From Phoronis australis (Eukaryota > Animalia > Phoronida), in assembly GCA_002633005.1 (NCBI GenBank), contig NMRA01000249.1, positions 115,004 to 179,003 of the forward strand: a stretch of 64,000 nt of DNA, in the 5' to 3' direction. How positions within the stretch are numbered: the first letter of the stretch is position 1; each line of letters opens with the position of its first letter. Below the pieces are notes generated by a model. It had not been told where the DNA came from, did not search any database, and was given only the letters and a program-made list of their open reading frames with translations. This document shows positions 11,801 through 26,800 of this stretch, piece by piece. The translations under genes and the position numbers were made by a program.

Positions 11801-14800
11801 CACTCACAAAATACTACTCCTTGATTCTTACAAATTTTTATTGTGCTGTACACACTCTGTACATGGACATGTAAACAAATGCATAAAGTATTTCTCTCTA
11901 GTCCTTTTACTTGAGAAGAAAAAGGGAAGACAACCTTCTAATTCTCATGTTGTCCCGAGATCAAGAAGCGAAAAGCCGAAGTACACAAGTTAATTACCTC
12001 TTCGAGCACTGGAGTGCTGGAAGAAGTGGGTTGAACTCAGCAGATTCTATGAATTTGCTTTGTCACTCAACCCGGGGCATCTGCAATAGCTCACCAAATT
12101 TGGCCAACTTCGGAATGTCATATCTCAGAAATTGTTGATCCGATTCATATGAAATATACAGGTGCTGTGATTAATGCAATTTTGCACAAAGGTCTATTAA
12201 TATAGGATTTTCACGAGTGGCATTAAGGAAAATGAAACGATATTTAAAAAAGTGTAATAACGTTTTGACACATTATCTAGGTCATTGATATCAACAATAT
12301 TTGACTGTGTTATCAATAGCGTCTTTTGTAAATATTGTGAATTAAATAAATGGCATTTGTCCTAATTTAAGGCTGAATGCCGTAAGGTTAAAAATCAGAT
12401 TCTACGGGATTTCTACAGTCTGCATATATTCCATTTTACTAAGCTCATTTCTATAATATCGCCTAACTTTCTACACCATTTTACCTTTGGCTTATTTAAA
12501 GTGTTATCTTCTACAACTAGTTCAGTAGGCTTAACTCATAAGAACGACGGCCTTCATAAATACATAGGCCACACGATTCATTTAACCACTCCCACTGTCT
12601 CCCATTTTTAGTTCCTCTCTTCTCTACCGTTCACAGTCCAGAGCAGGTTGCTGTTTGTCTTCACACCTGAAAAGAGCTGCACCCATAAAGCCTCGAATGT
12701 AGTGTTTTTAACATTTATTTTTACCAGATTTTAAAGATTTTACCCGTTTCTTCAATGTTTGTCAACTGCTGTTTGATTTCTTCACGCAGCCAACCATTAC
12801 CATCTGAATTTGGCAATGGTGGTGACAGAGGTGTTTAATCATGCAAGTGGCACTGCCGTCAGCAATCTGTTGAAAGGACATAACTGCATTTCGGCTTCAG
12901 CCCATTAATGTGGGTTCTTAAGTGCAGTCTATTATCACCGTCGAGGTAATTTCTTGTTATTGATTTTGAACTCAAGGATTATACAGCCAGAATGAAGAAT
13001 AAACACTCTTTGAACTTCCGATTCCGGTTACAACATGAGAGGCTGAGCACGTGCTGCACTCTCGAGAAAATTGCTTCAAAATGACTGAAAAGAATTAAAC
13101 CTAACATGACCAACATGCGTTCGACAAGTGGAACAACAGACACCAAGTTGGCGGGAGCAACAGGCCGCCAAACACTGAAGTCTCCAATGAAGAAATCAAT
13201 GAAGAAACCGACGAAGTTGTTACCGGCGTCACACAAGACCAGTCCAGACAGTCTTTCGGCAATGTACATGTAACTGGTGACGAACTTGAAACTCTTATCA
13301 TTGAGTCTACAGAACAAATCCAAACTAAATGAAGTAAAGAGTACAGTGGATGACGTGAAGAAGTCGCAGTCGTTTGTTTCCGGCCGAGTTGACAGCATTG
13401 ATACTAAACTTAAAGACATTGCTATTCCCTTGTCCAGAATTGATTCCATCAAAAATATTGTTACAAAATGAATGGCGAGCACGTCAGTGCAACTTACTTG
13501 TTCATAGTTTCCCAGAACTAGTCAGTTCAAATTCTTTCTCGAAGAGAAATTGAAGTTTGGTAAAAACTACATCAAGACCCTAAATATTGCTAACTGCCAG
13601 CGACTCCAAAAGCCCAAACTTAGAACTAAACCAAACACACCATGGGCGGCCATTGTCGAATTTGCACGCATGTCGGACAACCCTTACCACCCCGTGGTAG
13701 ATAGGGCCTCCGTGACTGACCGCCATCGAATCCTGTTGTTCGCCATCTGTCTTATCTGCTGCATGTTGTATCCGGTTTCCTTAGGCTCTGCTTCCATTGT
13801 CCTCCTCCAGGTTTGGACTGGTCTGCGTGGTCGACGACTGCGACTGCAGGTTGCAGAATCGAACTTATTTTGTGATGCTATCGACAGGTTTTCTGAAGGT
13901 GTGTCCAACCCACTCCTATTTTCGCAACTTTACCTGAGTCTCTACACTCTTATTGTGTATTGTTCGCCAGACCTCTCCGTTTTATTATTCTATCCGACCA
14001 TTTTATCGGTAGGATTTGTTACAGTTGCACGAAACAGTCCTAAATAGGAACTCAACAAACCCCCGAAATCGTTTGCGTATTTGTTGTGTTCTTTGCTCAC
14101 AGATGTTATATTTTTCTATCAGTTTATCTTTATTATGAGCACCTCTTTGACTGTTGACATTTTAAAATGATATCACTAAAACTGAGGCCTTTTAAGGGCT
14201 AAAACTGAGTCTTAATAATTAGGGACTTAGTTCTTTGGGGCGTTGCATGAACAGATCCCTACTTATTTTCATTAATATTAAAAATTCAACGTAGAGTTCA
14301 CTCTCGATTTGTATCAAAGCCAAAATCGACATAGTAATGAGACTCAAACAGAATGAGAATGGACAATCAGTTTTATCACAATCTCACAAACACGCAGCAG
14401 ATTTAGGGAACTTACTTGAATCCCTGTTTGGGATTGTTTCATGCAACCGCCACTGGACTCTGTTTTACAATGTTTTTGTAAGTCTCCACGTCTCTGAACC
14501 GTAAAGCAGAACAGACATCACCTTGGAGTTGAAGATTCTTAACTTTGACTTGATCGAGAAGGTCTTTGAGCGCCACACAGGCTTTATCATAGCAGGTGCC
14601 AAACGAGCTTTCTTGATGCGTGCTTTAATGTCCTCCTCGGTTCCTCAACTCGTGCTAACGACGCTCCCGAGGTAAGTAAATTGTGTGACGTTTTCAATCT
14701 TTTCAATTTTCCCTTGTCTGCTATGTGTAGGCATCGTCTTAGTCTTCTCACCGGGCAGATACCCGTCTACTCAAGTCTTGAAAGAGATGTTACAGAAGAC

Positions 14801-17800
14801 GTTAGTCATCTGAATACTCCATATCATCTAATTGCATTGTAAATGTCCATTGACTTCATGTTGGTTGGCCTGAAAAAGTAACTCCGGCAACCCAGTCCAG
14901 TACTAACAGCAAAGGAGAGAAGAAACACTCTTGCCTGACTTCTAAATTAACAGAGAACGGTTAAACCACCTGACCCCCATGCAGTACCTGACATGTAAAT
15001 TCTTCTTGAAGTCTTGTAACTAGTCTAACCATTTTCTCGGGTGTCTCAGAATTCTCCAGGTATAGCTTCAGTCAATACTATCAAAATCCTTACAAAAGTC
15101 TATAAAATGCATGTAGAGCGAGGAATCCCACTCAATTGATTGTTCGATTATGATTCTTAGAATTGCAATCTGTTCCACACATGAGGGCTCTTGACGATAT
15201 CCTGCCTTTTCATCCGGAAATCTGATGTCTACGGCAGGCTTAATTCTGGTTAGCAGGATCCTAGAAAAGATTTTGCTAGGGATGGACAGGAGAGTGATTC
15301 TTCGCCAAATCATATTGTGTGGAAGGTTTCCTTTCTTTGGGAACCTTACTAAAAGTCTTTCTTCCAGTCCTCGGGCGGAGTTTAGCCTCGCCATATCTTG
15401 TTCACCAGGTCATGTAGAATGGTTACTGGGAGGGTGTCTCCATTCCGAATAACTTCTGGTGGTATGTTGTCCAGGCCCACTGCCTTTCCGTTTTTTATTG
15501 CCTTAATTATGGCGCTCTGTATTTCAGCTCTGCTGATCTCGGCGGTCGATATGGATAAATCGTCCACTTATTCTTCCGGGATGGGGGGATCGATGGGCGC
15601 GGGATTATTCAATACGCTAGAAAAATGAACTCTCCAAAATTCCAACTGTTTCTCAAAATCAGTGATAAGCTTCTTGTCTTCATCCTTGAGTGGCTTAACT
15701 GAGTTGAAACTTTTCCTGCTAAACAGCTTGGTTTTTGATTAACGGGTCTTGATATTGCCTTTCACGTCGGGTGTCATTGTCTTTGTGTTTGTGGTCATTG
15801 TACTAGGTCCGTGTGGTGATGTGTTTCCTTCTGTGTGAAGACAGTTAGACAGTCAATTTGACAACAACTAGATGATCATCTGAGCCTACATGTATGTCTG
15901 TGCCTCCTTTGACTCGGACATATTCAAGCTTTCTTCTCCATCGTTAATGCATCACAAAGTGGTCAATCGTGTTAACTGTAAGTGCCATATACCTTTGTCG
16001 GGGTCTTTATGGGGAAAGTTTGAGCCCCCAATGACAGGATTATTTTTGCTGCCTTGTCTGTGCTGACTGAGGTAAAAATAATCCCTGACCACTCGTTTAT
16101 TTTGCTGTAGTTAAAATTACGCTCCTTTGTACATGACAAATGCTTATGAACATTTTATAATTCTGTTCTTAAACTCCGAACAATGAAGAACCCTGTAAAA
16201 TATACATTTTATAATTTAATGTGGTCTGCACATAGAAGAGAATCGTATGAAACGCAGATTGGTAAGAAACCATGATCAAACACATTTAAATATATTTTTT
16301 TAATTATGGGTGGTTTTAAAATACTTTCAATGAATTGTAGAGGAATTAAGAATACGCAAAAACGTAAAGTTGTATCTAATTATTTGCGTTGCCTGGGCTG
16401 CGTTGCATAAAGCTTCAAAAGTTATCCGCTGGATAAGTTTGATTGTTGCATTACGTCAGATACATTGTTCAGCAATAAGAACGTGAAGCATGATAATTCA
16501 ACGTCAATGTTGCTATACGGCGTACAACTTTTATGCAATTGGGCCCAGAAGTATTTTATCTATTTTCTCCAGGGCCCGGTCTCCAATCTTTTTACTCGAA
16601 ATGGAACTCGAAATTAGGTTTGGCATTTTCTACTCTACTTTTGGGCGAAATCAAGATAAGTGTCTATTATTCTATGTTCGAGTACACAATAACTTACGTA
16701 GATAATTTATTGCCCTTAGTTCACAGTTTGTAAACTCAATATTATAGCAATAAGTTCGAGTTTGAACTCGAAATTTCGAGTTTTACTTGAGTTTGTAGCA
16801 CGAATATAAGGGTCGTCAAGGGCAAACTTGAACTAGAAACTCCTATGCATAAACTATAATGTATTCGAGCACAGTCTGATAACCAATTACATGTATCTTA
16901 AGTTCGCACAAAAGGAGCAGAGTAATTGCCAAAAATAGTTTCGAGTTCGTTTCGAGTACAAGGATTAGAGACCGGGCCCAGGTCAACCCATTTCATTGTG
17001 GAAGATTTATACGTTGTAACAGCACAGTGGGGTTATAATACATATTTTTGAATTTTGAATATCGAAACGCCCATGGTGTATGTAAACTCTTCATTAATGA
17101 TTTTGAAATCGAAGTTACTTCAAATCAGCGGGACCGAGAAGGGATTTTTTACATCTTGAAACGTTTTGGCAAAAGCCAAAATAATACATATTCATGTATC
17201 TAGTGTGTCCAAATACATGTAGATAATACGCCTTCTTAACATTCTAGAAAAGCAAAGCACGTATTTTACGGTGCCATTATTTGTGGCGACTTGAATCTGA
17301 TTCAAAACTTTTACCTGGATTTCTACAAGTATGTCTCACAAAACCGAAATTCCAGTCAGCTGTTTGAGCTGTTAAGTCCAGGTTTGAATTGGTGGATACC
17401 TGGATAATTGCTCTTCCCAAAATAAAAAATACTGACACAAGGAGAAAGATCTAACCCAGTAAGGCAAGTGTAGTGAAAGTTAACGTGAGATGCATTTCGT
17501 TCTGGCTTATGGCATGCCTGATTTTTATGCAACCCTGTAACTGTAGTGCATATGCGCAGTGAGATTACAGCCATATGAGAGGAAAATAAATTTCCTGTTT
17601 TATAGCCAAGAAAGCAGCTTAAACTTTCATAATGAGTGGCTATCTGTCTCGCAGATACCGCAGCAAGGATGGACCTCTTCCTAATTTCTGAAAAGCTGGA
17701 TAATATTTTTACAATTTTCCCACATAGAAAAAGGGTAAAGAACCGATTACATTTATGTAGGTTGGATTTAGTATAGAATACTTTTCCAGAAGTACATGTA

Positions 17801-20800
17801 CGGGTCTCTGGCAACTGACATAAATTTTGGAGGACACAGAACTCCCCGCCTTGGTTAATCTTGTAATACTCGAGGTCATCTCTGAATAGTTTACCTTTCT
17901 TAATCATCGACAATATACATGTATTGCCCAGTCTAATTAAACCGCAGGAAATCCAACTAATTTTCATACGAAAGAAATTAGCAATTAAAGTAATAATACA
18001 TTATTTATGAAAGGAAAATGATTATTTATTCCAGCCCTATTAGAAATCGAGGAAGAAAGCAAACGGACAAGTAGAAGAACAGACGTGCTCGAATGCTAGG
18101 ATATTTCATTAAATCAAGCTGTTACACCAACAAAAATATATCGGATTGTTAGCCTTGGGATAACTAATCATAACTGAACTATTTGACCTTTGACAGAAGC
18201 AGAAATTTAGTTAAAACATGTTGACCTCAACACCCTTCTTAAAAATCTAGTAGATTCCGACAGAATTAAAACACGCCACAAGGAAAAAGTTTGGACGGTC
18301 CCATAACACGTTTTGAAGGGCAGTCTGTCCTAAAAATTATACAAAATACCAAAGCACCAGGCGGTGGTGGGTTCTCAGTAAAATTCTTTACTTTTGGATT
18401 ATCTGACGTTGTTTATCAAGGTCTTTTAATTAGAGCTTTTGGCTCGGGTCCGTGGCGGTCAGACAAAACAAACGTGTAATTGCGGTTATTCCTAACAGGA
18501 CTAAGCACACAGAATGCTTGGGGAACTGGGGACCATCCCTTGCTTCCGTCTTACAGGCTGTTTATGCTTACCGCAAAGAAAGTGTCATTGATTCTTTGAT
18601 TAGCAATTAAGATTAAGACAGGTTTTAGAAAAGAAATACTCATGCAGTAAGTGAAAACAGTGGAACTACGTGTGCGCACCTGGGGAAGGGGGGGGCTCGA
18701 ATCTCTGAGAAAGTGGACCTTTTGCTAACAAATAAGCGGGAGGACTAAATAAAAAAACGGGTTACCGCCTTCAGGTCTGTGAACTGTGCGCCTGCGCCTT
18801 TTTAGTGGACTATTGTCTCGTTTTCTCGGACTTTTGTTTCTCTGAGGCGGACCTTTTTACCCACTTCGCCAAAGGAGGGGGCGCGCATTAACTACGTTTG
18901 GCATCACGCATTACAGGGTCAGACATAACAATACAGATGACCTAGAATTATGAACACAGTCTAATTCAGTTCGTTGAACAACGGCGCGGGTTTTAGTGTG
19001 ATTCAACACTGATTCACCTGTGAATACATGTATATGTTCAAGTTGTTAAGTTGATTGAATATTGCTATATTTACTCACTATGTTGTCCCATGTTTAGGAA
19101 TGACGTACATCGCTATTTAGGATGTGAGAATTGGTAACAAGGAATTCCAAAGTTGTCCATATACCGAAATGGTGCTCTGTTTGAACGGCTGGAATGAGTC
19201 TTTGAAAAGATCTCTTGATCTTCTGAATCAAATTCATATATGGTCAGACCTCAAACCAAATTCGTGGATGTGCGCATACAAGTAATCGTCGTCTATGCCC
19301 AAATATTGATTTTTCTTGGCTAATGTTATACTTTACCTTTCAGGAAATTAATTTTATTGCCGATCTATCTCAGACTTCTGGACTAAATTATAACGACAAA
19401 ATTGAATTGAAAGAGAAATAATTGCCTGGTCCAGAAAGTCATTAAATCCTCTTGAAGAACTAAGTCTCTCACTAGAGAGACTTAAGACTAAACGCGTGTA
19501 TTATTACATCTGAAAAATCTTCGCACAAAGCTTTCAGCTACTGTTCAATTGAATAAGAACTATTGATAAATTAATACCTATGTTAAACCAATCGTTACTC
19601 AACTTTTTACTCTTTCTGTAAATAAAGAAACTTCGGTAAATAACAGTTTCAGAATTTTCTTCAATTTCCTTTTATTTACAATCCATTAAATACGATTCAA
19701 TTGGTTTGCATACGGGAAGTTGCAGTTTAAAGCATGCGAAAAGTAGCCATATCAAACAATAGCAATCTGATTGTGCAAAACACGAATTGTAAAGAACTCA
19801 TGGTTAGATCACTTACTGCGTTTGCTTTTCTTACAGACACATTTCCTTTCTCATGAACTCATGGACTGATGCAATATTTTGAGCACTTTTAACAAAGATA
19901 AAGAATATTCACAACAGAAATGTTGAAGTCAGCAAGAAAAGAAACGCAAGTTAGGAGGGGGAGGGGATAAATGTGTTTCTGAAACGACTTTAATAGTTCA
20001 CGGACCGTGAATGCCTGCCCTGAACGAGGATCAAACTACCGTCTCTCATGTGCTGTACATCATGAAACAACTACTTTTATCTTCAATGTCAATTTGAAGT
20101 CACAAAATGTTGAAATTATAAATTGACTACTTTCTCATCGTGTTTTAGTCATGAACGAACTTTTATAATCATCGAATTTGAAAATACGCGGGGAATCTGT
20201 CAAGTGATCTGATGACTTAAGGACACTACAATGTAATAGGCGTTCCGGTAGTGGTTGACTGACGGATTGTTTTTCGATAGCACATCACTAGGAACGAGTT
20301 CGTCGATGGTGTCTAAGTGATTTTTAAATAAGTGAATTAACTTGAGTTTTTAAACAGCTAATACATGTCAATTGTTTTGTCTTTCTACCCGGTCGCCACC
20401 AACCCTGGACCTTCGTGGCCTTCATACCGTCACGCTTTTCTGCAGCGCACACACGGATATTTTGTATTCACATTGTATTAGTGGGTAAGAAGCCCCCACA
20501 CTTACTGCATGAGTGATTGGCAATCAATCCTTCACTCCTCACTTTCTAAGCCAAGTGTATTTGTTTTCACTAACTGGACACATGGACTTATGGGAGATTG
20601 TGGTTCATTCTTTGTAAATATCACGGGATGTACAGTGTAGGTATATGGCTAAGTTTTGCAGCGAAAGCGGTGGTTTAAATAACTAATTAAATCGGAAAAT
20701 AAGTAGGCGTTTATTTAGCTAATGTAAACTCTAAAGGTTCATAAATATTCCTGCATAAATCGTCACAATTGTGAGTTAAGCAATTTAAAACTAAACCATT

Positions 20801-23800
20801 ATCCAGAACAATATCAGACAAATAGTATAAAAAGAATAATTAATTAGGAAGGCAATATAAATTCGTATGAACTTATTGCCCTATCAACCGTCAAACACAA
20901 AAGTGAAGTTCATTCTGTCGAGGAGTTGCAAAATCTATCTGTAGGTGATTTACCATATTGCTCACTCACCTGAAGGTGTTTACACGAACTAGGGGATTTT
21001 TTATAGTGGTGCTCTCTAGAGTAATGAGACCACATAGTGATTTCCGATTGATCACGGTGGTGGACACAAATTCACAATGGTTCATTAGTATAAAAGCAGA
21101 GGAATAAATTCTACCGACTGCCTCCATGGTTTGGTTATTTTTAAGAAGATACCAATCCCTGTTTTGGTGATTTTAACCAAACCTCGTTCTGTCAACTGCT
21201 AATGCATCAGGGCGTCAATCTTGAGGGATAAAAGCCAGTGGTGGGTTTGGGGGAGGGGATATAGGGGCCATGGCCCCTTAAAAGTCTCTCAGATTATGTT
21301 TGGCGACAAGGGTAAAATTTCAAGTCGTCACGAGGTCGCCATTGCAAGTATCAAAAATCAGAAATAATTCCCTCTAAATTCGTTTCAAGGTTCATGTTGA
21401 CTTCCAAACTTTAAATTACGAAAAATTTCCTAGATTTATTACCTTTGATTAACAATCGAGATTATATGAACATAGACCCTCGAGGGTCTCCCATAAAACG
21501 AACGAAATATTACAATTTTGCGAAACTGATTTGTACAAGAATTGAAAGCAAGTTACAGGGTTATAGCCTATTTCGCAATTTGACAGTGGTTCTAAGACAA
21601 AACAATAATCATGGCTAATCTTACGCCAACTCGGGCGGAGGGGAGTGTAGCGAACTATTGTCTATGATTTGAATGTCAGGCGATGGGAAAGTGTTTTAGT
21701 GTCAGGAGCATGACGCAATAATTTTAATCTTTTTTTCATATGAAAGTCAGCTGTTCAAGGCCTGAGGAGTTAATCGTGTTCAACCTGCGCCGCAGAGTAC
21801 AGGTATCCGCGCAGTCCAGAAGGTCGGGTTCAGGGTAAAAGGTAATTCTTCCTTTTACATGTACTTTAACCTCATTGATTTCTATATTACATGTATATCA
21901 TTGGGCATCATGCAAGTTTTCTTTCTGAAATAATTTCGCCAATAATTGGTATTCCCTCGTTCGTTGGTGACAGTGAGTCGCCAGGAACCACCGGCATCTT
22001 AATTTTTCCTAAGTTGATTTTCAATATTATCGCAAGTTTAATTGCCAGAAAATTCTAAATGAAGAGATTTTACCGATAAAAAGTAGAAGATTAACATCGC
22101 AATGGAAATAGTTGGATCAAATTTGAATTTCATGTTTCGCATGCTTGTAGAATTTTGCGCCTGGATACGCATGCCTGTATTTTAATTGAATCCATTGCTT
22201 CCTTTAATGCCTGCACTTAATCCTTTTAATGCACAGAAAAACCCGTTTCTAACGGCAAGTTGTTATTTCTACATGCGCTGTAAGTTTGCTTCGAAAACCT
22301 TAGAATACTAAGTTTGAAACAAGGAGTGATTTTAACGAAATTCTTATCACAGTATCAAGCTATAGTATGGTTACTTGAGCAATTTTTCTAACCAACCTTA
22401 TCAATTTATAAAGGACCTTACCGACAAATCTGTGTACCTTGCAAAATATCTAGAGAACTATAAATTTCAAATGAGTAAAAGTACAATTTTTTGAAAGTAT
22501 GAAGCCTGTGAAATTTGATGTTTCACTTTTTAGCATTTAAAGAAATCGAGACACGCCAACATTTCGTTTTAGTGCACTTTAGCAAAAAAGAAAGGTACAT
22601 TGATAGTAAAACAACAGTATTAAGATCATGTTGCAATTTTTGATATAAATGTTCGAGGTGATATATAAAACTTGCTACAGTTTTCTAAAATAACAATTCC
22701 TTTTCTTTTTATGTCACTTAGCTTAGTAAAAGATTTTTCATGAAAAATGTTTTCATAGACCCTCATCCAAAAATAGAACGATTAAAAAAAATCCCACCGG
22801 TTTTTGAGAACAGCATAGTTTTTGAAAGTTCAATATGAATACGACGAGCCACTTTTAAGGTACAATGATCCGAAGTCAGCCAAATTTGGCCATTCTAATG
22901 TAGTCCTACAAAACCTAAATAAAACGTGGTTACAAACCACATGAAACTCTCTGTATGATAAACCTTGTAATGACCATAAGTGTCGTAGTGTCCAAAATCA
23001 TCCTTGCGAGGATCATTGTGAAGCGGTCGACAGTGTAACTTCACGATTCACGTTGAGAGACAACACCGAGTGCATGGCAATCAACGGCGACGTACTAATT
23101 TATAGACTGGCGTTAGAAAGATTTCGCAAACATAACGTATACATGAACGGGTAAATTTTACCTGCGGTAATGTCAGTTAAGCAGTAGCCTAATCATTTAA
23201 TTCTTGAGGTACGGGCGACGTTTGGCGGCACACTTGAAGACTGCAGTTAGAGTTTGTTCAATAATTTGGTTTGCTTTGGCTTATGAACCAGTTGTGAATA
23301 AGAAAAGTCTAATGGCTCGGCTGAAAAGAATAACTACATCAAAATGGTGGCTTCCTGTAGCAGTGTTGACTTGCATTGTAGCTAATAAGGAACTTGCTTC
23401 GTTTCCAAAATTGCCGAAATCTGATTGGTTGACAGCACTTTTTGTTACTCAAATAATGACGTTTCCTGTGACTCGTTTCATGAAAACTGACCAAAGACTC
23501 AAGACTTAACTGTCATTCCACGAGAGCACCAAAACTTCGACTCTAGACTCACCGACTCAGATCTTGAAAAAAACGTGAGATGTGTTTAAAACGTTTATGT
23601 TACCCTTTTCGGGCCATTATTTTTAAGTTAGAACATCATGAATATTTTCGCCCAAAACGGCCCATTTTTGGTTCAAAAAGGTTCAGTTAGAGAAATTGTT
23701 TTAAAACGGCTTAAAAGAACAGGAAAGAAGAAATCTTTACAATGTTTATGTGGAAATTCAACCTCTCTATTAGAAGATGGTCTTCGCATTTTTAAAGGAG

Positions 23801-26800
23801 TTTCCGTTAACCTTCACTGGAGTGTCAAAATTTGGTAAATTTTGCCCAATATTGCGTATTTGATTTTTAGCCATTTTTGAGGTGCGCTGGCGATCATATT
23901 GCGGGATGCTGGTGCTTTCCAATAATGTTTTTCATCAGTTTGCTGTCTAACTAAGAAAAGAAAAGAATAAATAATGGGCTTTTTGTTCGTCAAGCAACAG
24001 CCAATAGAAAGGACATACCAACGCGTATTTTACAGTTCTTGAATACGGGCAGTATGCAGTTCTATCCCCTAAACCTCATAAAGGAGCTTGATTAATTTTT
24101 GCAAATATGGTTCTTTGGTGATCAAATCAGTGTAATTTTTAGATAATTCTCACAACTATTGGCCCCCTGGCGGCAGTTTTTATAACTAGATTTTGGTCAA
24201 ACTCCAAGAAATTTGTCCAAAACGTTTCCATCGTAGAAATGGCGGCACATGCATGTTTGTTTTCTGTGTACTTTTGTACCTAAAGATGACTTTGGTTAAT
24301 ATCCAAAAGTCGTTTACATGATGCACTCTAGCGTCACCTTTGTTTTCCACTACTTACTTGTAATTTGGTAAAAAACTAATATTATTTACATTCATGTTTT
24401 TGAATGATTCCAACCTGTGCTGCCCCACCAGTGACAGTTGTAGCATTTTGAAAACCGTTCATATGTCTAACATGCGCCCCCTGTCAGCTGCTAACGGATG
24501 TTGTGCCCTAGTAATCTGAGTTTGTCGTTTTTGCGGGATGTTAGTTTTTTAATAGATTCTACCCAACCCTGATTTTGTCACTTGTTGCCATTCTCCCATC
24601 AGAGACAAAAACGACATGCGTGGGTTTAAATTGTCATTGTTATACATTCAGCTAAGATTTACATCTGGCGAAGTTACCTCAGTACTAATTAATATGTAAA
24701 CTTAAATGATCGTAACAAGTTTTGCCACAATAAGTACTTAGAATGTATACAATGCAGGCTAAACCAAAATCACGTTAAAAATAAAAGTGGACAAGCATAA
24801 CTGTTACCATGGCGACTGGCGACTGAGTACCATAAAAGTGTTCCTCCTAAACTAGAATTTGACAAGCACCATGATAAAAATATGAAGATATGAGGCTGAA
24901 AGATCTAAGTAAGCTTCACACTTCAAAGCCAATTTCTTTAAGTCAAATGTTTTCTCAGTTTGATGCTTTGGTAAAATTCTGAAGTAGAAATTAACAACCG
25001 TAAGTTTGCGGGTTAACGCCCATGCCGGGTAATCACCCATCCTCGACTTTTTTTCAATTTTCGGTTTAAAGGCGAAAGCAACTGTTTTCATGTCACATTT
25101 AGCAAAAATAAGGTTCGATGATTATCCCAGACATAATTTCCACTTAATTACAGCTTTTCGTAAATTGATTAATTATTCGTTATCTACTCCGGAAGTGACG
25201 TTTTGGGAGGCAACGATTTCGCGCAAATTTCTTTCCCATAGTCTGACTATATGAGCGTTGTCGAGTCAGTCTTCCATCTACCTCGGCTGTCATAAGTTCA
25301 GTCGTCGTTTGTTTTTGTTTACGAGTCAGTCAACACGCCACACTGTTGCTGCGTACCGGGATGTACTCATTATGGCCCAAAGCCTGTAAGCAGCCCTGCT
25401 ACGATGTTGAGTAGTGGGAGTGAATACAGGCCACGTTCGAAACCCAGTGAAGAGGACAGTTCGTCGTTCAGTGAACAGATCGGTGAGCCAAACTTTGATA
25501 AGTTTATTGTGGAATTGTCTAAAGTATTGGAGCTATTTCGAAGGTGCCAGGTGTGTGACGAGGGAGTCACACGGCGGGGTGTAAACAGCTTGTGTGCTCA
25601 GGTCACTATCAGTGGGAGTGTGTCGCGGACACTCGGGCAAGTGGGACAGTTGTTCCTCTGTCCGTGAGACGATAATGAGTACACCCCGGTACACAGCAAC
25701 AGTGTGGCAAGTTGACTGACTCGTAAACAAAATCACACGATGACCGAACTTATCAAAACCGAGATAAAACAATGACTGACTCGGCAGCTGTCACAGTCAG
25801 ACTGTACGAAAAGAAATAGGCGGGTAATTCTTGCCTCCCAAACGGTCACTTCCGGATTAGACAACGAATAATTAATTAAATTACGAAAAGCTGTAATTAC
25901 GTGGAAAATATGTCTAGGATAACCAACGAACCTTATTTCTGCTAAAAAGACATGAAAAAAGGTTGCCTTCGCCTTTAAGCGCCCAATGGTTGGGTAATCG
26001 CCCAACCCCTGTCTCAGGGTTTCCCAATTTAAACACCCAAGGATTTAACCTGCGAGGTTACGGTAGTTACAAAACAGGAATCAAAGGCACAATTTATGCA
26101 TAAAATTTACACAAATTTGTATCCTGTTGTGAAAAATGATCATACCTTGAAGGTTGACTTTCAAACAGAAAACGATTTCAAAACAATTTCAACTGCTTCT
26201 TAGCAGAGTGCAGGGTCAATGAAATTGGCACTTCCTATTGAAAAAATATAGAATATTCATAATAGTTATTGCACGAACACCGGGAATTTGTTCAAAACCG
26301 TCTTGTATGCATTATAGTTAAATATTCACCGATGGCAATGTAATCAGTTGAACATGCCTTTCAGTTCAGCGTGACTAAATTGTGGAGCAAACCCTTGGAT
26401 TATACGAAATGGTACATGTAAGTAAGGATTTGTGTCACAAAATTTCAATGTTAAAAAATTTGTGAAAATAATGTTTAAGCACTTTTAAACTCGTAACCTA
26501 TGCCGCTGAAATCCAAGATGGCCGACCCGATAAAAAAGAGTGAAAATTTGACACTTAAATAGAGATAATTTTTGAACCCACAATGCTATAATTTGATATT
26601 TTTTCATTTTTGTGTTTCGAACATCGATGTCTTTCTTGGGATGTGGGGGTTTATCTTTAAATTGAAAAAATAGTTTTCGGTTTGTCCGCTTCATATAGTC
26701 TCGAAGTCTTAATTCAAATGGTTATATTGAATAAAAGTTAAATCGCTTCAAATAGTGCACGAATCGAAATATTTCATTAAAAACCACATAAAGTATTCAT

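Larger units (their letters stand above)
16100..19630 (+). mobile_element. Degenerate L1/Tx1-clade LINE ORF2 (APE, start of RT, C-terminus)
   Basis: MGGFKILSMNCRGIKNTQKRKVVSNYLR at 16306; IICGDLN-like motif at ~17280; LDGPIT...NTKAPGGGGFSVKFF at ~18290; C-terminal relic at ~19150-19400. Heavily deleted and frameshifted. Confidence 0.8.

Noticed and set aside
12979-13482. 167-aa minus-strand ORF
   Set aside because: Antisense to the LINE ORF1 remnant.
17356-17967. 203-aa minus-strand ORF
   Set aside because: Antisense to the degenerate L1/Tx1 ORF2, with no recognisable motif.
22945-23155. Cys/His-rich open stretch (DKPCNDHKC...HPCEDHC)
   Set aside because: Short, bounded by stops, with no convincing splice sites or known domain pattern.
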